In this document: positions 30,882 through 41,086 of the stretch, piece by piece
How positions within the stretch are numbered: position 1 is the stretch's first letter
How the letters are laid out: each line of letters opens with the position of its first letter
Assembly: GCA_963745075.1 (NCBI GenBank)
Contig: CAVUWV010000008.1
Span: 64,001-128,000, forward strand
Length of the DNA stretch: 64,000 bases
Direction of reading: 5' to 3'
Origin: Candidatus Hydrogenedentota bacterium
GTDB lineage: Bacteria > Hydrogenedentota > Hydrogenedentia > Hydrogenedentales > SLHB01
Notes under the pieces: model-generated
The model's input: the letters and a program-made list of their open reading frames with translations, nothing else
Database searches by the model: none
Told to the model about the DNA's origin: nothing
Program-made: the position numbers and the translations under genes

Positions 30882-31784
30882 ATGACCCAATTCGAGGGAG
30901 AGCTGATCCTGAGCGGATGTCAGGGGAGACCACGCCAGGGCGCGGCGGAGACGCCGGATTCGGACGCCTTGGTGATTCGCGCGCAATCGGGCCAAGTGAA
31001 GGCCTTTGAGCGGTTTTTGGAACGCCACGAGGCGCTCGTCTTGCGAACGGCGCTTCGGATGTTGGGGAATCGTGAGGACGCCCTCGACGCGGCGCAGCAA
31101 ATCGTGGAAGACGGATTGCGCACACTTCCCGAACGGGAACGGGCGGCGATCACGTTGCGGGACATTGAAGGACTTTCCACGGGCGAAGTAGCGTCCATCA
31201 TGAACGTCGGCGAGTCGACGGTGCGCTCGCTGATCAGTAAAGCGCGCAAGGTTCAACGGCATGTGGAGCGGTGTGTGACGTGTCAGACCGTGGAAACTGA
31301 GTTTCGAGAAGGTCAGACCACGCTGCATACGCTACGTGAATCCAGCATTGACGAAAGCTTGCGTGGCGCACTGCACAGCCGCGTGCTCGGGGCGATTCCG
31401 CGGTCGCACAAGCCGGGACCAGAAGATGCCGACTTGGCGAGCGACGCGCCCAGGACGCACCGTATGCGTCAAGATCGACGGCGGATGGTGCATGTCACGG
31501 TTTACGCGGGCCTCGCGATTTCCATTGTGAGCATCGCAGTGATTGGCCTGACGTTGCACGAGCCGGATCCGCCCATCAACGCGCCAGCGCAAACTGCGAT
31601 GGTGCCACCGGATGTCCAGCTCCCGATGGAATCCATAGATACGAGTAGTTCAGGATCTCAAATCTCAGATCCTCAGATTGTGAATTCAATTGACGGAGAA
31701 CCACTACGGTCAACCGTAGTGAGAATGTACACCAACGACCCGCGGGTCGTATTTTTCCTCGTATCGGACCAAACGGGAGGATGA
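30882..31784 (+). pseudogene. Internally deleted ECF sigma factor fused in frame to a zinc-finger anti-sigma remnant
   Basis: Sigma2 start (AFERFLERH..DALDAAQ) runs straight into sigma4 (LPERERAAITLRDIEGLS..TVRSLISKAR), then HVERCVTC and a TM helix. Confidence 0.6.
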
Positions 31785-32698
31785 ACCCCATGACTGCCAA
31801 ATCGTGTATGTTTCGAGTGTTGCTCCTGATGGCTCTTCTGCCGATTCTCGTGGTGGGGATAGCGCCACGTGCCATCGCGCAGGATACACCACCTCAAGCC
31901 GTCCAACCTCAGTTTTGGCAACCCACAAACGCGCCAGCTCAGGCGGTACACACACAAGACCAACTCTTTGCGGAAGCCGAAAAGACCACGACGCGGATCG
32001 TGCCTATCGAGTACGCCAATACGGGCGACTTGATGAACGTGCTCCAGTTGTTCGGTGTCCAAGTCATCCCGATTGACAAGCCCAAGGCCGTGGCGCTGTC
32101 CGGCGCCGAAAGCGCAGTGGAACTGGCGGAAGACGCCGTGAGACAGTTGGACGTTCCGCCGCCGCCGGTGAAGAACGTGGAAGTGATCGTGTATCTGATC
32201 GTTGCCACCAAAGGGGGAGATATACCGGAGGGGTTTGAGCCTTGTGGACCGCAGTTGGAGCCCGTGATGGAGCAGCTCCGGAGTGTTTTTGGGTTCGAGC
32301 AATTTGGGTTGATTGACACGCTGTTGATGCGCGGGCGTGATGGAAGCAGCGTGGAAGCGTCGGGGTTCTTGCCGCTGGTAGCCGGTGACGCGTCTGGTGC
32401 GGAAGATCCGTCCAACTACCAGGTCGAAGTTCGTGAACTCCGCGTGCAGTCCGCGCCCGATAGGCCAGCCCGATTCAGCCTGAATGGGTTCACGTTTGGC
32501 ACGGATGTGCCCTTCTCGGCGGGCACGCAGCGAGGGCCCAACGGTCAAGTCTTCAGACAGGTCCAGCGGCGGAACGTGGGCATCAGTGCGGATCTGGATG
32601 TGCAAGAGAGCCAAATGGCCGTCGTGGGGAAGGCGAATCTGTCGGCGCAGGGGGATGTGGTGTTTGTCGTGGTTACCGCGCATGTGGTGCCGGAGTGA
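31781..32698 (+). CDS. Exported protein with secretin N-domain-like region
   Basis: Signal peptide; IVPIEYAN...VRQLDVPP; C-terminal AVVGK...VFVVVTAHVV; overlaps upstream stop. Confidence 0.6.
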   Translation: MNPMTAKSCMFRVLLLMALLPILVVGIAPRAIAQDTPPQAVQPQFWQPTNAPAQAVHTQDQLFAEAEKTTTRIVPIEYANTGDLMNVLQLFGVQVIPIDKPKAVALSGAESAVELAEDAVRQLDVPPPPVKNVEVIVYLIVATKGGDIPEGFEPCGPQLEPVMEQLRSVFGFEQFGLIDTLLMRGRDGSSVEASGFLPLVAGDASGAEDPSNYQVEVRELRVQSAPDRPARFSLNGFTFGTDVPFSAGTQRGPNGQVFRQVQRRNVGISADLDVQESQMAVVGKANLSAQGDVVFVVVTAHVVPE

Positions 32699-32711
32699 TT
32701 GGGGGGACTTA

Positions 32712-32738
32712 CACGGACGGACACGGACTTACACGGAC
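32712..32738. repeat. CACGGAC heptamer array, 10-bp period
   Basis: Exact copies at 32712, 32722, 32732. Confidence 0.75.
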
Positions 32739-32768
32739 AGGTGCGAGGGAATGACGTGCCGGCAGTGT

Positions 32769-34616
32769 TCAGGTTTCTGGTGACGCGAAGTAGGGTTGCG
32801 CTTCGACGAAGTTGATCATGAGTTCCTGCCCTGCGGGGGCGCCGGGTTCGTCGGGACGGGCCCAGTCGGAGATATGCAGGGTGGCTTCGTCGCTCGTGGC
32901 TCGGAAAACGATGCGGTGCAGGTTGAACCAAGCCGGGTGTTGGCTGTCGAAGGGCAGGTTGGACGGCGACGAATTCCGGCTGCTGACCTGGCCGACGAAG
33001 GTCTTGTCCGGGATGGTCTCGGCCCCTTCGACCGTCACGGACGTGGGTAGCAGCTTCTTCTCCGACGCGCCGAGGGTAATGTCCTCGAAGTTAGCGGCCA
33101 TGAGTTTCACGGAATACAGTTTTCCGGGTTCGAGGCCTTTCATGGTTTGACTGACCACGTTTGGTTTATCGGCCTGGCTGCGCATCCAGAGGAAGGTGTT
33201 GCCTGCGGGTTCATCGGGAAACTCGGCGCGGTGCCAGTAGCGTCCCTCGAGACGGCCAAAGCGTTCCATGTAATCCGTGCGGACGGAATCCGGCGTCGCC
33301 GCGTCGACCGTCCACCCCTCCAGTCCGTCGGCGAAGTCGGCGTTGGCAATGAGGCCGGGGAAATACCGGTAGCCCAGAGACTCGGACAACAGGTTCGTGT
33401 TGCCCTCAATGGCGTAATGTCGGAATAGCCGGGACATCCAGCGCAGCGTCTCCTCGTCGGCGGAGGCCGAATTCCACCAGTGGAGGCCGAACAGGCCTTC
33501 GAACGCCGGGTTCGTGGCGAGGTACTGCATCTGCATGTCCATCCAAACCTTGTAATCCACCTCCGGTTGCACGTCGAGGCTCAGGCCGGTGGTGAACAAC
33601 CCGGACACCAGCACCATCTGCTTCTGGCAGTCCGGGAACGTGGCGCGCCACTTCTCCATTTCTTGGCCGAGATGGGAATCGAGCAGGGCGTTGGCGCCTT
33701 CGAGGGTGGGCATTTCATGGAGATACCGTTCCCAGGCCATGTAATAGCCGGCGTCCAGGACCGTGCGGACCAGCTCCCGCGTCTGCGGACGGCTGTACAT
33801 TCCCGGCCCGCCGCAGTAGCCGTAGAAGGCCTTGCCTTTCAGCGCCGGATCCTCACCCAGCCTCCGCATCGCTTCGGTCCACGCGGGATACCATGCGTTT
33901 TGCCGGCCCTGGAACTCGTCGGCAATGAGCCCCGACAGCCGGGGATCGGTAAAGCCGATGTTGTTGCGCCAATACTCGAAGGCCTTGTCCGCCGTCAGCC
34001 CTTGGTCGTGCGGCAAACTACCATAGGCGATCCACTTGCCGCCCCGCTCGATCCAGGGCGCGATATGCGCGTCGGATTCCTCGCCCGGATTTCCAACCAT
34101 CGTATTCACGTTGGGAAGCACGTACTCGCTCAAGTAATCCCAGTCGTAGTCGCCGTATTGCTCCACAACGGGGTCGGCCGGAAACCGGCAATAGTGGAGT
34201 TCCGGGATGGCGCGCACGGTGACGGATTCGATTTCCTTCGCGCTAACCGCTTGCACGGTAATCGTGTGGCTTCCGGACGGGAGATACCACATGCCTTCCG
34301 TCCGTCCCCTGCGATAGGAGCGGGCGGGAACGCGAGGTGGGCGCCGTTGTGGGGTGTCGAGGGCGACCGGCAGCGCTTTCTCGGAGGATATCGACACGAA
34401 GACCCAACTGTTGCGCGGGTTCGAGAACGTGAATTGCACGCCGCCGCTTGGATCGGTTGTCTGCGAATAGGGGAGATCCCAGACGAAGTTATTGCGTTGG
34501 ACCGGCGGTTCAGCGCCAGCGGACCAGCCCATGGCGACCAGCAAACCCACCACAGAGGCCGCCTGAATCCGCCGGCCAGAAAGACGATTCCGCATCTCGA
34601 TTCGTAATTCCCGCAC
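32769..34616 (-). CDS. Secreted hypothetical protein (possible carbohydrate-active domain plus CBM-like domain)
   Basis: Signal peptide; GLIADEF; ANADFADGLEGW CBM-like motif; GGAGG upstream. Confidence 0.6.
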   Translation of the reverse strand: MRELRIEMRNRLSGRRIQAASVVGLLVAMGWSAGAEPPVQRNNFVWDLPYSQTTDPSGGVQFTFSNPRNSWVFVSISSEKALPVALDTPQRRPPRVPARSYRRGRTEGMWYLPSGSHTITVQAVSAKEIESVTVRAIPELHYCRFPADPVVEQYGDYDWDYLSEYVLPNVNTMVGNPGEESDAHIAPWIERGGKWIAYGSLPHDQGLTADKAFEYWRNNIGFTDPRLSGLIADEFQGRQNAWYPAWTEAMRRLGEDPALKGKAFYGYCGGPGMYSRPQTRELVRTVLDAGYYMAWERYLHEMPTLEGANALLDSHLGQEMEKWRATFPDCQKQMVLVSGLFTTGLSLDVQPEVDYKVWMDMQMQYLATNPAFEGLFGLHWWNSASADEETLRWMSRLFRHYAIEGNTNLLSESLGYRYFPGLIANADFADGLEGWTVDAATPDSVRTDYMERFGRLEGRYWHRAEFPDEPAGNTFLWMRSQADKPNVVSQTMKGLEPGKLYSVKLMAANFEDITLGASEKKLLPTSVTVEGAETIPDKTFVGQVSSRNSSPSNLPFDSQHPAWFNLHRIVFRATSDEATLHISDWARPDEPGAPAGQELMINFVEAQPYFASPET

Positions 34617-34940
34617 TTTACTCCGCCTCCAGTTTGATCATCGGTCCGCAAACGTGCTCCGCCGTGCGGAGGCTAGCTTATCGCGGCCCGGGTCATTGGG
34701 GCAACTGGGGAGCGCTTTGCGCGTTTGCCGCGGTGCAATGCGAGGGGGGTAAGGGTAGGTTGTGCGGGGCTTTAGTGGGCACAAGATGAAGTGCGATATT
34801 CGAGCAAACGGTGCTTAATATTCAATACGTAGTATATGATATTTGACAAACATCTACATGTTGTGTAGTAGAGCTTCTACAAGAAAAGGTGCAGGGGGGG
34901 ATGTCGTGAATCCCGGCACAAAACGGTAGTCGGGTGACAA

Positions 34941-34958
34941 TTTTTGTCGCGACAAAAA
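34941..34958. promoter_or_regulatory. Perfect 18-bp palindrome, putative operator in a divergent promoter region
   Basis: TTTTTGTCGCGACAAAAA; TTGACA at 34843. Confidence 0.45.
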
Positions 34959-35207
34959 GGGGCACTGACCACCAGCCTTGCCACTTCTTCGTAGCTGCGG
35001 ACCGGAGGCCTTAGCGTTATGTTACTGGGAATAAAGGATTGCGTATAAGCCGTGAAACCCGTATATCCTGCATTTGATGCGATTGATATTATTGGCATGA
35101 ACCTTTCATATCCTTCGCTCGGTTGGCGAGGTGCTCGATGGTCGCCAACCGACGGAGCCCGGAGCGCTCCGTCGAGCGAATTGAAAACGAATTGGGGATG
35201 GGAAAAA

Positions 35208-38200
35208 ATGCAACATCGCAAAGCACATCAGTTACTTATCGCCGCGCTCTTGCTTGCGTTATTGATTCCGGTCACGCTTGCCGAAGTGACCGGAATCGCC
35301 AGTGAATTACCAGCGACGGGGAGCCAGAATCTTGACGGATCGACGGTCGGAACGGCAGTTGCCAATACACCGACCGTCGTGCACGTCACCGACGACATAG
35401 TTCAACCGGTCACGAAGCGACTGGGGGTCAATATCGGCGGTCCCGAGCCGTGGGGCGCGTCGCAGTATCTGAAGAACATCGTTCACAACCCCGGATTCGA
35501 ATCGGGTGAATACGGGACCATGTTTCACGTGGGGCCCGGTTCGACCGACGGCCGGGTGGTCCAGGACTTCTGGTACACGGAATGGAACAACGACCTGTAC
35601 GGGATTGGGCAGCCGGAAGGATTCTGGAACGGCGCAGAGTACGAGTTTGTGTATGGTCCTGAAAAGGGCCGGACCGGCGTCGTCACCAACTTCACGAATG
35701 AAGACAATCGCAATACCTGGTACCTCTCCCCCGAGGGCAACGACCCGAACCAGTGGGACGTCATTATCGCCCGAAAGCAATTCAGCCATAGCTTTGGGAC
35801 TCCGGACGCATCGCCGAAGGCGGATGTCAACTCGATACGTCCCGGCAGCCCGGGTAAACAGTCCTTCCATGCCGTATTTCCGGGTGCCGATTGGCAGCCG
35901 GTCTGGGCGACCTACTTTGATTCCTATTGGCGTGACGGCGATCAGTCTTGCGGCAAGCTTCTCAAGGTGGAGGGAACCTGGAAGCTCGAGTTTTGGGCAA
36001 AGGGAAAGCGGAACGGGGATCAAATGAAAGTCCGTTTTTTCCGGGAAGGGGAAACGGATTTCATCACGCACACGGTTATGCTGACCAATACGTGGCAGCA
36101 CTACGAGGTGACCTCCACCGTTTCGGATACTGCGGACCGGATGGGTCCGTACGGAGCGAGCGATTATCATCCGATTCTTTCGCTGGCATTTTACGTCCTG
36201 AACGAGGGTGGCGAGCTTTGGCTGGATGACTGCATGCTGTACAAAGACGGCCAGACGAACCCGACCGTGTTCACGGACACCTTCGTGAACCGGCTGAAGG
36301 AACTCCGGCCGGGCGTACTGCGTGATTGGCGTGTCCAGTGCGGCGCTTCTCTGGATAACGAGTTGTCCGTACCGTTCGCGCGGAAACTGACGGGGTACCG
36401 TCCTCAACAGCGGGCGTCCGACATCTACGGGTATTCGCTCCACGAATTCCTGGAGCTTTGCAAAGAAGTCAATGCTGAACCTTGGTACGTGATTTCTCCG
36501 ACGTTTTCCCAGGAAGACCTGCGCAATCTGGCCGCGTACCTGGCCGCTCCGGTCAGTTCCGGACACCCTTACGCGATACTCCGGCAAAACCTCGGCCAGT
36601 CCGAACCGTGGACGACAGTCTTCCAAAAAATACATCTCGAATACGGAAACGAGATGTGGGGCGCCGCGTCGGGTGGTGACCCATTCTTTGGAGCCTCTGC
36701 CCTTGGCGGTGTGCGCCTGGGCACAATCGCCCACGACCGGTTTGGATTCATCAAGGCAAGCCCGTATTTTGATGCAAATCGCTTCGACTTCATCATCGGC
36801 GGACAATCTGCGTTCCCGGGTCGGCAAGGTGAAATCGAGGCCAATAGTTCCAACCACGACAGCATCGCCCTTGCTCCATACTTTGGAATTCTCAACGATC
36901 GGTCCGATGACGCCAGCAAGTACTATCCGATGTTCGCCTTGTCGTTGAACGGTTTTAACGGAATCGTCGCGCAAAGCCAGCCCTACTTGGATGCTTCCGG
37001 CCAAGGTACCGAGTTGTCGATTTACGAAATCAACCTTCACTTGACCTGGGGCGACTCACCGCTTGCTGAGCGCAATGGGTTCGTGGCGAGCTTGGGCGCC
37101 GGCCTTTCATTGCCATTGAGCATGTTGTCATATCAGCGGGACTTGGGCATCAACAACCAATGCGCCTTCACGGCGGTCGGTTATTCCTTCCGATTTGGCG
37201 CTGCGCCCGAAGACTACGTTCGGTTGTGGGGCATGATGCGAGATCTCGAAGGCACAGGCCGCAAGCGGCCGACGTGGCTGGGAGTCGAACTCGCGAACAA
37301 GGCGATTCAAGGCAGCATGATCACGAGCGTGCAGGAAGGCGACGTGCCGACGGCGCCGCTTCCCGCGGTGAACGGCGTGACGGAAGCTGGCACCCTTCCT
37401 CTGATCCAATCCTTTGCCTATAAGGGAGGTGCGGAATACAGTCTGGTACTATTCAACCTGGACCTGACGCAAAGCCACGACGTAACGCTGAGTCTTCCGA
37501 ACGATCCCGAGCCGGGCGCGACAATTTCGACGCTGACGGCTGACGACATCAATGCGACCAATGAAGACGCGTTGAACGTGACGACGTCGGAAACCTTCAT
37601 TCCCGACTTTGCCAATCAGTACACCCTGACGCTCCCGGCGCACTCCATGTCGACGCTGACATGGAATGGCACTTCCGGCATTACCGTAACGCCGGACCCG
37701 CTGGACTTCGGCAACACGACCGTCCACGGGAAGAGTCAGAAAGACGTGCACGTCAAGAACAACGGCAAGAAGAAGAGTGGCATCACGCTGTTGAGCTTTG
37801 CCCCGGTCTCGGGCGACGTCAACGACTTCCGCGTCAGTTCGAACCTTCCGGCGCAGGTCCTCATGGCGGGTCAGCAGGTTGCGATCACAGTCGAGTTCCG
37901 GCCGACCTCCGCCGGGCCCAAGTCGGCCGTTTTCGAAGTGAAGTGTGACGACTCCCAAGCGCCCTGCAAACAGATCGTGGTGACGGGTCGCGCGCTGCCC
38001 GATGCGGACGGCGACGGAGAACCGGATTCCACCGACGCGTTCCCGAACAATCCGAATGAAACGCTGGACACGGACAACGACGGATTGGGCGACAATTTCG
38101 AACAGGAGATTATCCACCACGCCCAGACGGACGGCGACCCATTGAACGATTGGATCGTATCGCTGGCCAACGTCAAGCCGGGCGAGGATTTCGACGGCGA

Positions 38201-38360
38201 CGGCAGCGCCAACGTGACCGAATTTCTTTACGGCGCGAGTGGATCGGCGCTTGACCCGAGTAAGAGCGTTCCGCTGGGCGGCGCCTGGTTCCTGGTTTCG
38301 ATGATGATCGTGATGGCGTTCCTGATGCGCCGCACCTATCAATACGTCTACGTACGGTGA
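35208..38360 (+). CDS. Secreted clan GH-A (GH51-like) glycoside hydrolase with Ig-like/choice-of-anchor D domain, Asp-rich repeats and C-terminal membrane anchor
   Basis: LRPGVLR, HEFLELCKEVNAEPW, LEYGNEMWG, SIYEINLH; PDPLDFGNT; DADGDG..DTDNDGLGD; SVPLGG-TM-RR. Confidence 0.75.
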   Translation: MQHRKAHQLLIAALLLALLIPVTLAEVTGIASELPATGSQNLDGSTVGTAVANTPTVVHVTDDIVQPVTKRLGVNIGGPEPWGASQYLKNIVHNPGFESGEYGTMFHVGPGSTDGRVVQDFWYTEWNNDLYGIGQPEGFWNGAEYEFVYGPEKGRTGVVTNFTNEDNRNTWYLSPEGNDPNQWDVIIARKQFSHSFGTPDASPKADVNSIRPGSPGKQSFHAVFPGADWQPVWATYFDSYWRDGDQSCGKLLKVEGTWKLEFWAKGKRNGDQMKVRFFREGETDFITHTVMLTNTWQHYEVTSTVSDTADRMGPYGASDYHPILSLAFYVLNEGGELWLDDCMLYKDGQTNPTVFTDTFVNRLKELRPGVLRDWRVQCGASLDNELSVPFARKLTGYRPQQRASDIYGYSLHEFLELCKEVNAEPWYVISPTFSQEDLRNLAAYLAAPVSSGHPYAILRQNLGQSEPWTTVFQKIHLEYGNEMWGAASGGDPFFGASALGGVRLGTIAHDRFGFIKASPYFDANRFDFIIGGQSAFPGRQGEIEANSSNHDSIALAPYFGILNDRSDDASKYYPMFALSLNGFNGIVAQSQPYLDASGQGTELSIYEINLHLTWGDSPLAERNGFVASLGAGLSLPLSMLSYQRDLGINNQCAFTAVGYSFRFGAAPEDYVRLWGMMRDLEGTGRKRPTWLGVELANKAIQGSMITSVQEGDVPTAPLPAVNGVTEAGTLPLIQSFAYKGGAEYSLVLFNLDLTQSHDVTLSLPNDPEPGATISTLTADDINATNEDALNVTTSETFIPDFANQYTLTLPAHSMSTLTWNGTSGITVTPDPLDFGNTTVHGKSQKDVHVKNNGKKKSGITLLSFAPVSGDVNDFRVSSNLPAQVLMAGQQVAITVEFRPTSAGPKSAVFEVKCDDSQAPCKQIVVTGRALPDADGDGEPDSTDAFPNNPNETLDTDNDGLGDNFEQEIIHHAQTDGDPLNDWIVSLANVKPGEDFDGDGSANVTEFLYGASGSALDPSKSVPLGGAWFLVSMMIVMAFLMRRTYQYVYVR

Positions 38361-38752
38361 TTAGAATCATCAAGAAAGGGGTGCGATTGGTAGTTTGGTG
38401 AATCGCGAGTCGGCTGATACAAGAAGGAGTTCTTACGTGCAGTGGTGAAAGGGCATTGCAGTAAGGGACAAGCTGCAAAACCGGCCCACGTCAACGCTGT
38501 GGACAGAAAAGTGAGACAAAGCATAAAGAACTGTGCAGATCTTAACCGTGGGTTGCGCAGGAGAAGTAAACCGAAGCGCGACCTGCAGAGTGGTTCTTCC
38601 CTCATGGTCCGCCAAGAACTTTGGCCTACTACCTGCTGCTTAACGGCGCCGAGCACGATTCCGGCTCAGAACCCGCTGAGCTACAGCACACGCAAGTGTC
38701 ATCACGCGGGCCATGGTGCGGACCGAGGACACGCCAACGCCCCCCACTAAAC

Positions 38753-39652
38753 CTAAGTATTCAAACCCGTCATCCTGCGAATGCGATTCACTATGCGGTA
38801 GGGCAACGGCCGCTTGTACGGTCGTATGCGTGTTCTTTGAATCAAGTCGAGTCCTTCCTCCATGGGAAGACGTTCAAAATCGGTGAGCACTGCGTCGATT
38901 TGTTGTTTATAGAAATCGCGTTTGCTGATGCCGAAATACGGATCGATCCAAGAACCCCAATAGTGCTCGATGTAAGGTGAAGACGATATTACCCGTGTTC
39001 GCTGACACAGGACCGCGGAGAAAGCGAACTGCTCCATGATGAAATAGTGGACGCGGGACAACATGGAGTTCAGTACGCGAAGGGCCAATTCGACGAGGTG
39101 CCGGTCCGCATGGTGAACGCCGACGGTCCCAGCTATATGCATGAAGGCTTCGCGCTCGGACAGGGCCAAGCAATGGCCGTCGTCCAGGGGAATCCGGAGG
39201 TCCGGAAATCCTTCCCGAAATTGTTCAGCGAACTCGGCATAGCGTGGATCATGAAACACGTAGCCGTCGTTTCGGTCCATAACAGATACGCCGGGCTCAA
39301 TCTGCAAGAGCAAAGGGTCAAGAGCGGTTTTCACGAATGTGTCCGAGTCGAAGAGAATGCAAGGGGCCTCATAACGCTCCAGCGCATCCGTGAGTACGAA
39401 AAATTTGACCCGGTAAATGAAATTGTCGGGGCCGGTCCACGCGGCAAGCTGTTCGGCGGTTACATGGTGAAGGTCCAACGGATAGCCGTCGAAATACTCT
39501 GGATGGTCGGTATACACGGCGACCCGGTAATCGCAGTGCGAGTGTTTCCGCCACGCCAGGGCAGTCAGCACACTGAATTGTGCTTCCCGCAGCCAGCGAT
39601 GTCCCCCATAGGCGGACCAAACCAGTACCGGCGAATTGACACGCGTTGCCAT
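38753..39652 (-). CDS. Putative nucleotide-sugar transferase (GT-A-like)
   Basis: VYTDHPEYF, DxD motif (LFDSDTF), MEQFAFS, IEHYWG. Confidence 0.6.
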   Translation of the reverse strand: MATRVNSPVLVWSAYGGHRWLREAQFSVLTALAWRKHSHCDYRVAVYTDHPEYFDGYPLDLHHVTAEQLAAWTGPDNFIYRVKFFVLTDALERYEAPCILFDSDTFVKTALDPLLLQIEPGVSVMDRNDGYVFHDPRYAEFAEQFREGFPDLRIPLDDGHCLALSEREAFMHIAGTVGVHHADRHLVELALRVLNSMLSRVHYFIMEQFAFSAVLCQRTRVISSSPYIEHYWGSWIDPYFGISKRDFYKQQIDAVLTDFERLPMEEGLDLIQRTRIRPYKRPLPYRIVNRIRRMTGLNT

Positions 39653-39867
39653 TTCCAAGACCCCTGCCCCCGGGCAACTGTCAACCCGGATTTCGCTTAA
39701 TGTTTGGGACGTTTCCGGTGTAGGGTAGCACAGAAGAACCGCGCGTGAAACAGATCGATTGAGCGCGGTAAGGATTACCCAGCACAAAATCCGAAACAAG
39801 TGCCAACATCCCAAATGGGAAATGACCAAAACCGGTGTAAGCGCCCGGGCCGCGACGAGTCACCCGT

Positions 39868-41082
39868 TTATCGGGAATGTGGCTGATCGGGCCGCCAATG
39901 CGGCCACATGGCTCCCCACCCTTCAGCAACGTGCGTGATTTGGTGCGCTTCGCCGCCGTCGGATGGGGTTATATAAAGTTGGCGGGTACCCGATTCGTTG
40001 GATCCATAGATCAGGAAGGGTCCGTCTGGGCAGGGCGACGGATGGTACACGCTCGCGCCGGGTGGTGAATGGGTCAGTTGTTCGCTCGTACCGTCCAGGG
40101 AAACCCGCATCAACTCAACGCGGTCGCCGACCGCCGCGGTGTAATAGACCCATCGCCCATCCTTGCTCCAGACCGGGACGTCGCTGCTTCCGCCGTGAAA
40201 ATCGTCAACGTCGAGGAACGGTACAACCCCGCGATACCCGTTTCGATCCGCCAACTTTTTGAGGCCGCTTCCATCGGGCCGGACGAGGTAGGGGTGGCAG
40301 TTGTAATGTTCTCCGGAAACGAACAGCAACCAGGAACCGTCCGGCGACCACTGGGGCACAAAGTTAAACGGGTTGCCGGTTTCGATATGTAGCGGGTTTG
40401 ATCCGTCCGCCGCTGCGACGTAGACTTGGTAATCCTTGTGGTAGGCGATCTGCGTTCCGTCCGGAGACGCGCTGTAGCCGTAAGCGAATCCTTCCGGCCC
40501 GGAACTGACATCGCGTTTGTTCTTGCCGTCACGGTCCATGACGTAGGGATGGGAGATTCCGTCGATCAAGGCTTGGAATCCGAGTTTCCCCTCGTCACCG
40601 GGAAAGAAGAAGAGGCCGGTATTGTACTCGCTGACGCGCTCGACCGCGGTCAGGTTTTCGATAGCGCCGGTCTCCACATCGACGAGAAACATGTCGTAGC
40701 GCCAGCCCTCGGTCATCCGGAAAGCGCGATGCTCTTCCTCCCACGCTGCGTTCTCCGGGCTCTCCCAACCGGACCCGACAATCGCGTATCGCCCGTCGGG
40801 GGACCAGCCTGCGAACTGAGTCCAAGCGTCCGCGTCGCGAACGAGTTCTTCGGCGAGCACGCGCAGGCCGCTACCATCGGCGTGGACCACGCAGGCGCGC
40901 ATCGTGCGAACGTTGGCATGGCGTCCTTCGGGAAGATTGGTGCGAAATTCCGTGTAGCCAATCGGGATTCCGTTGATTTCCGTCCAATCGGCCGGCCCGT
41001 CATCGGCCAGGGAAAGAACGGGCAGGACGAGAAGCCCGATTGCGAGGACAAGTTCGATGCGGCTTTGGACGGTGCGCATCAT
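39868..41082 (-). CDS. TolB-like PD40 beta-propeller protein
   Basis: Signal peptide; repeated WSPDG/SPDG/WSKDG. Confidence 0.8.
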   Translation of the reverse strand: MMRTVQSRIELVLAIGLLVLPVLSLADDGPADWTEINGIPIGYTEFRTNLPEGRHANVRTMRACVVHADGSGLRVLAEELVRDADAWTQFAGWSPDGRYAIVGSGWESPENAAWEEEHRAFRMTEGWRYDMFLVDVETGAIENLTAVERVSEYNTGLFFFPGDEGKLGFQALIDGISHPYVMDRDGKNKRDVSSGPEGFAYGYSASPDGTQIAYHKDYQVYVAAADGSNPLHIETGNPFNFVPQWSPDGSWLLFVSGEHYNCHPYLVRPDGSGLKKLADRNGYRGVVPFLDVDDFHGGSSDVPVWSKDGRWVYYTAAVGDRVELMRVSLDGTSEQLTHSPPGASVYHPSPCPDGPFLIYGSNESGTRQLYITPSDGGEAHQITHVAEGWGAMWPHWRPDQPHSR

Positions 41083-41086
41083 AGAA

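Noticed and set aside
34851..34866. NrdR-box-like sequence
   Set aside because: Partial match, single copy, no ribonucleotide reductase gene nearby
38361..38752. ncRNA or small gene in the 390-bp gap between convergent genes
   Set aside because: No recognisable motif, strong helix or credible ORF found by eye
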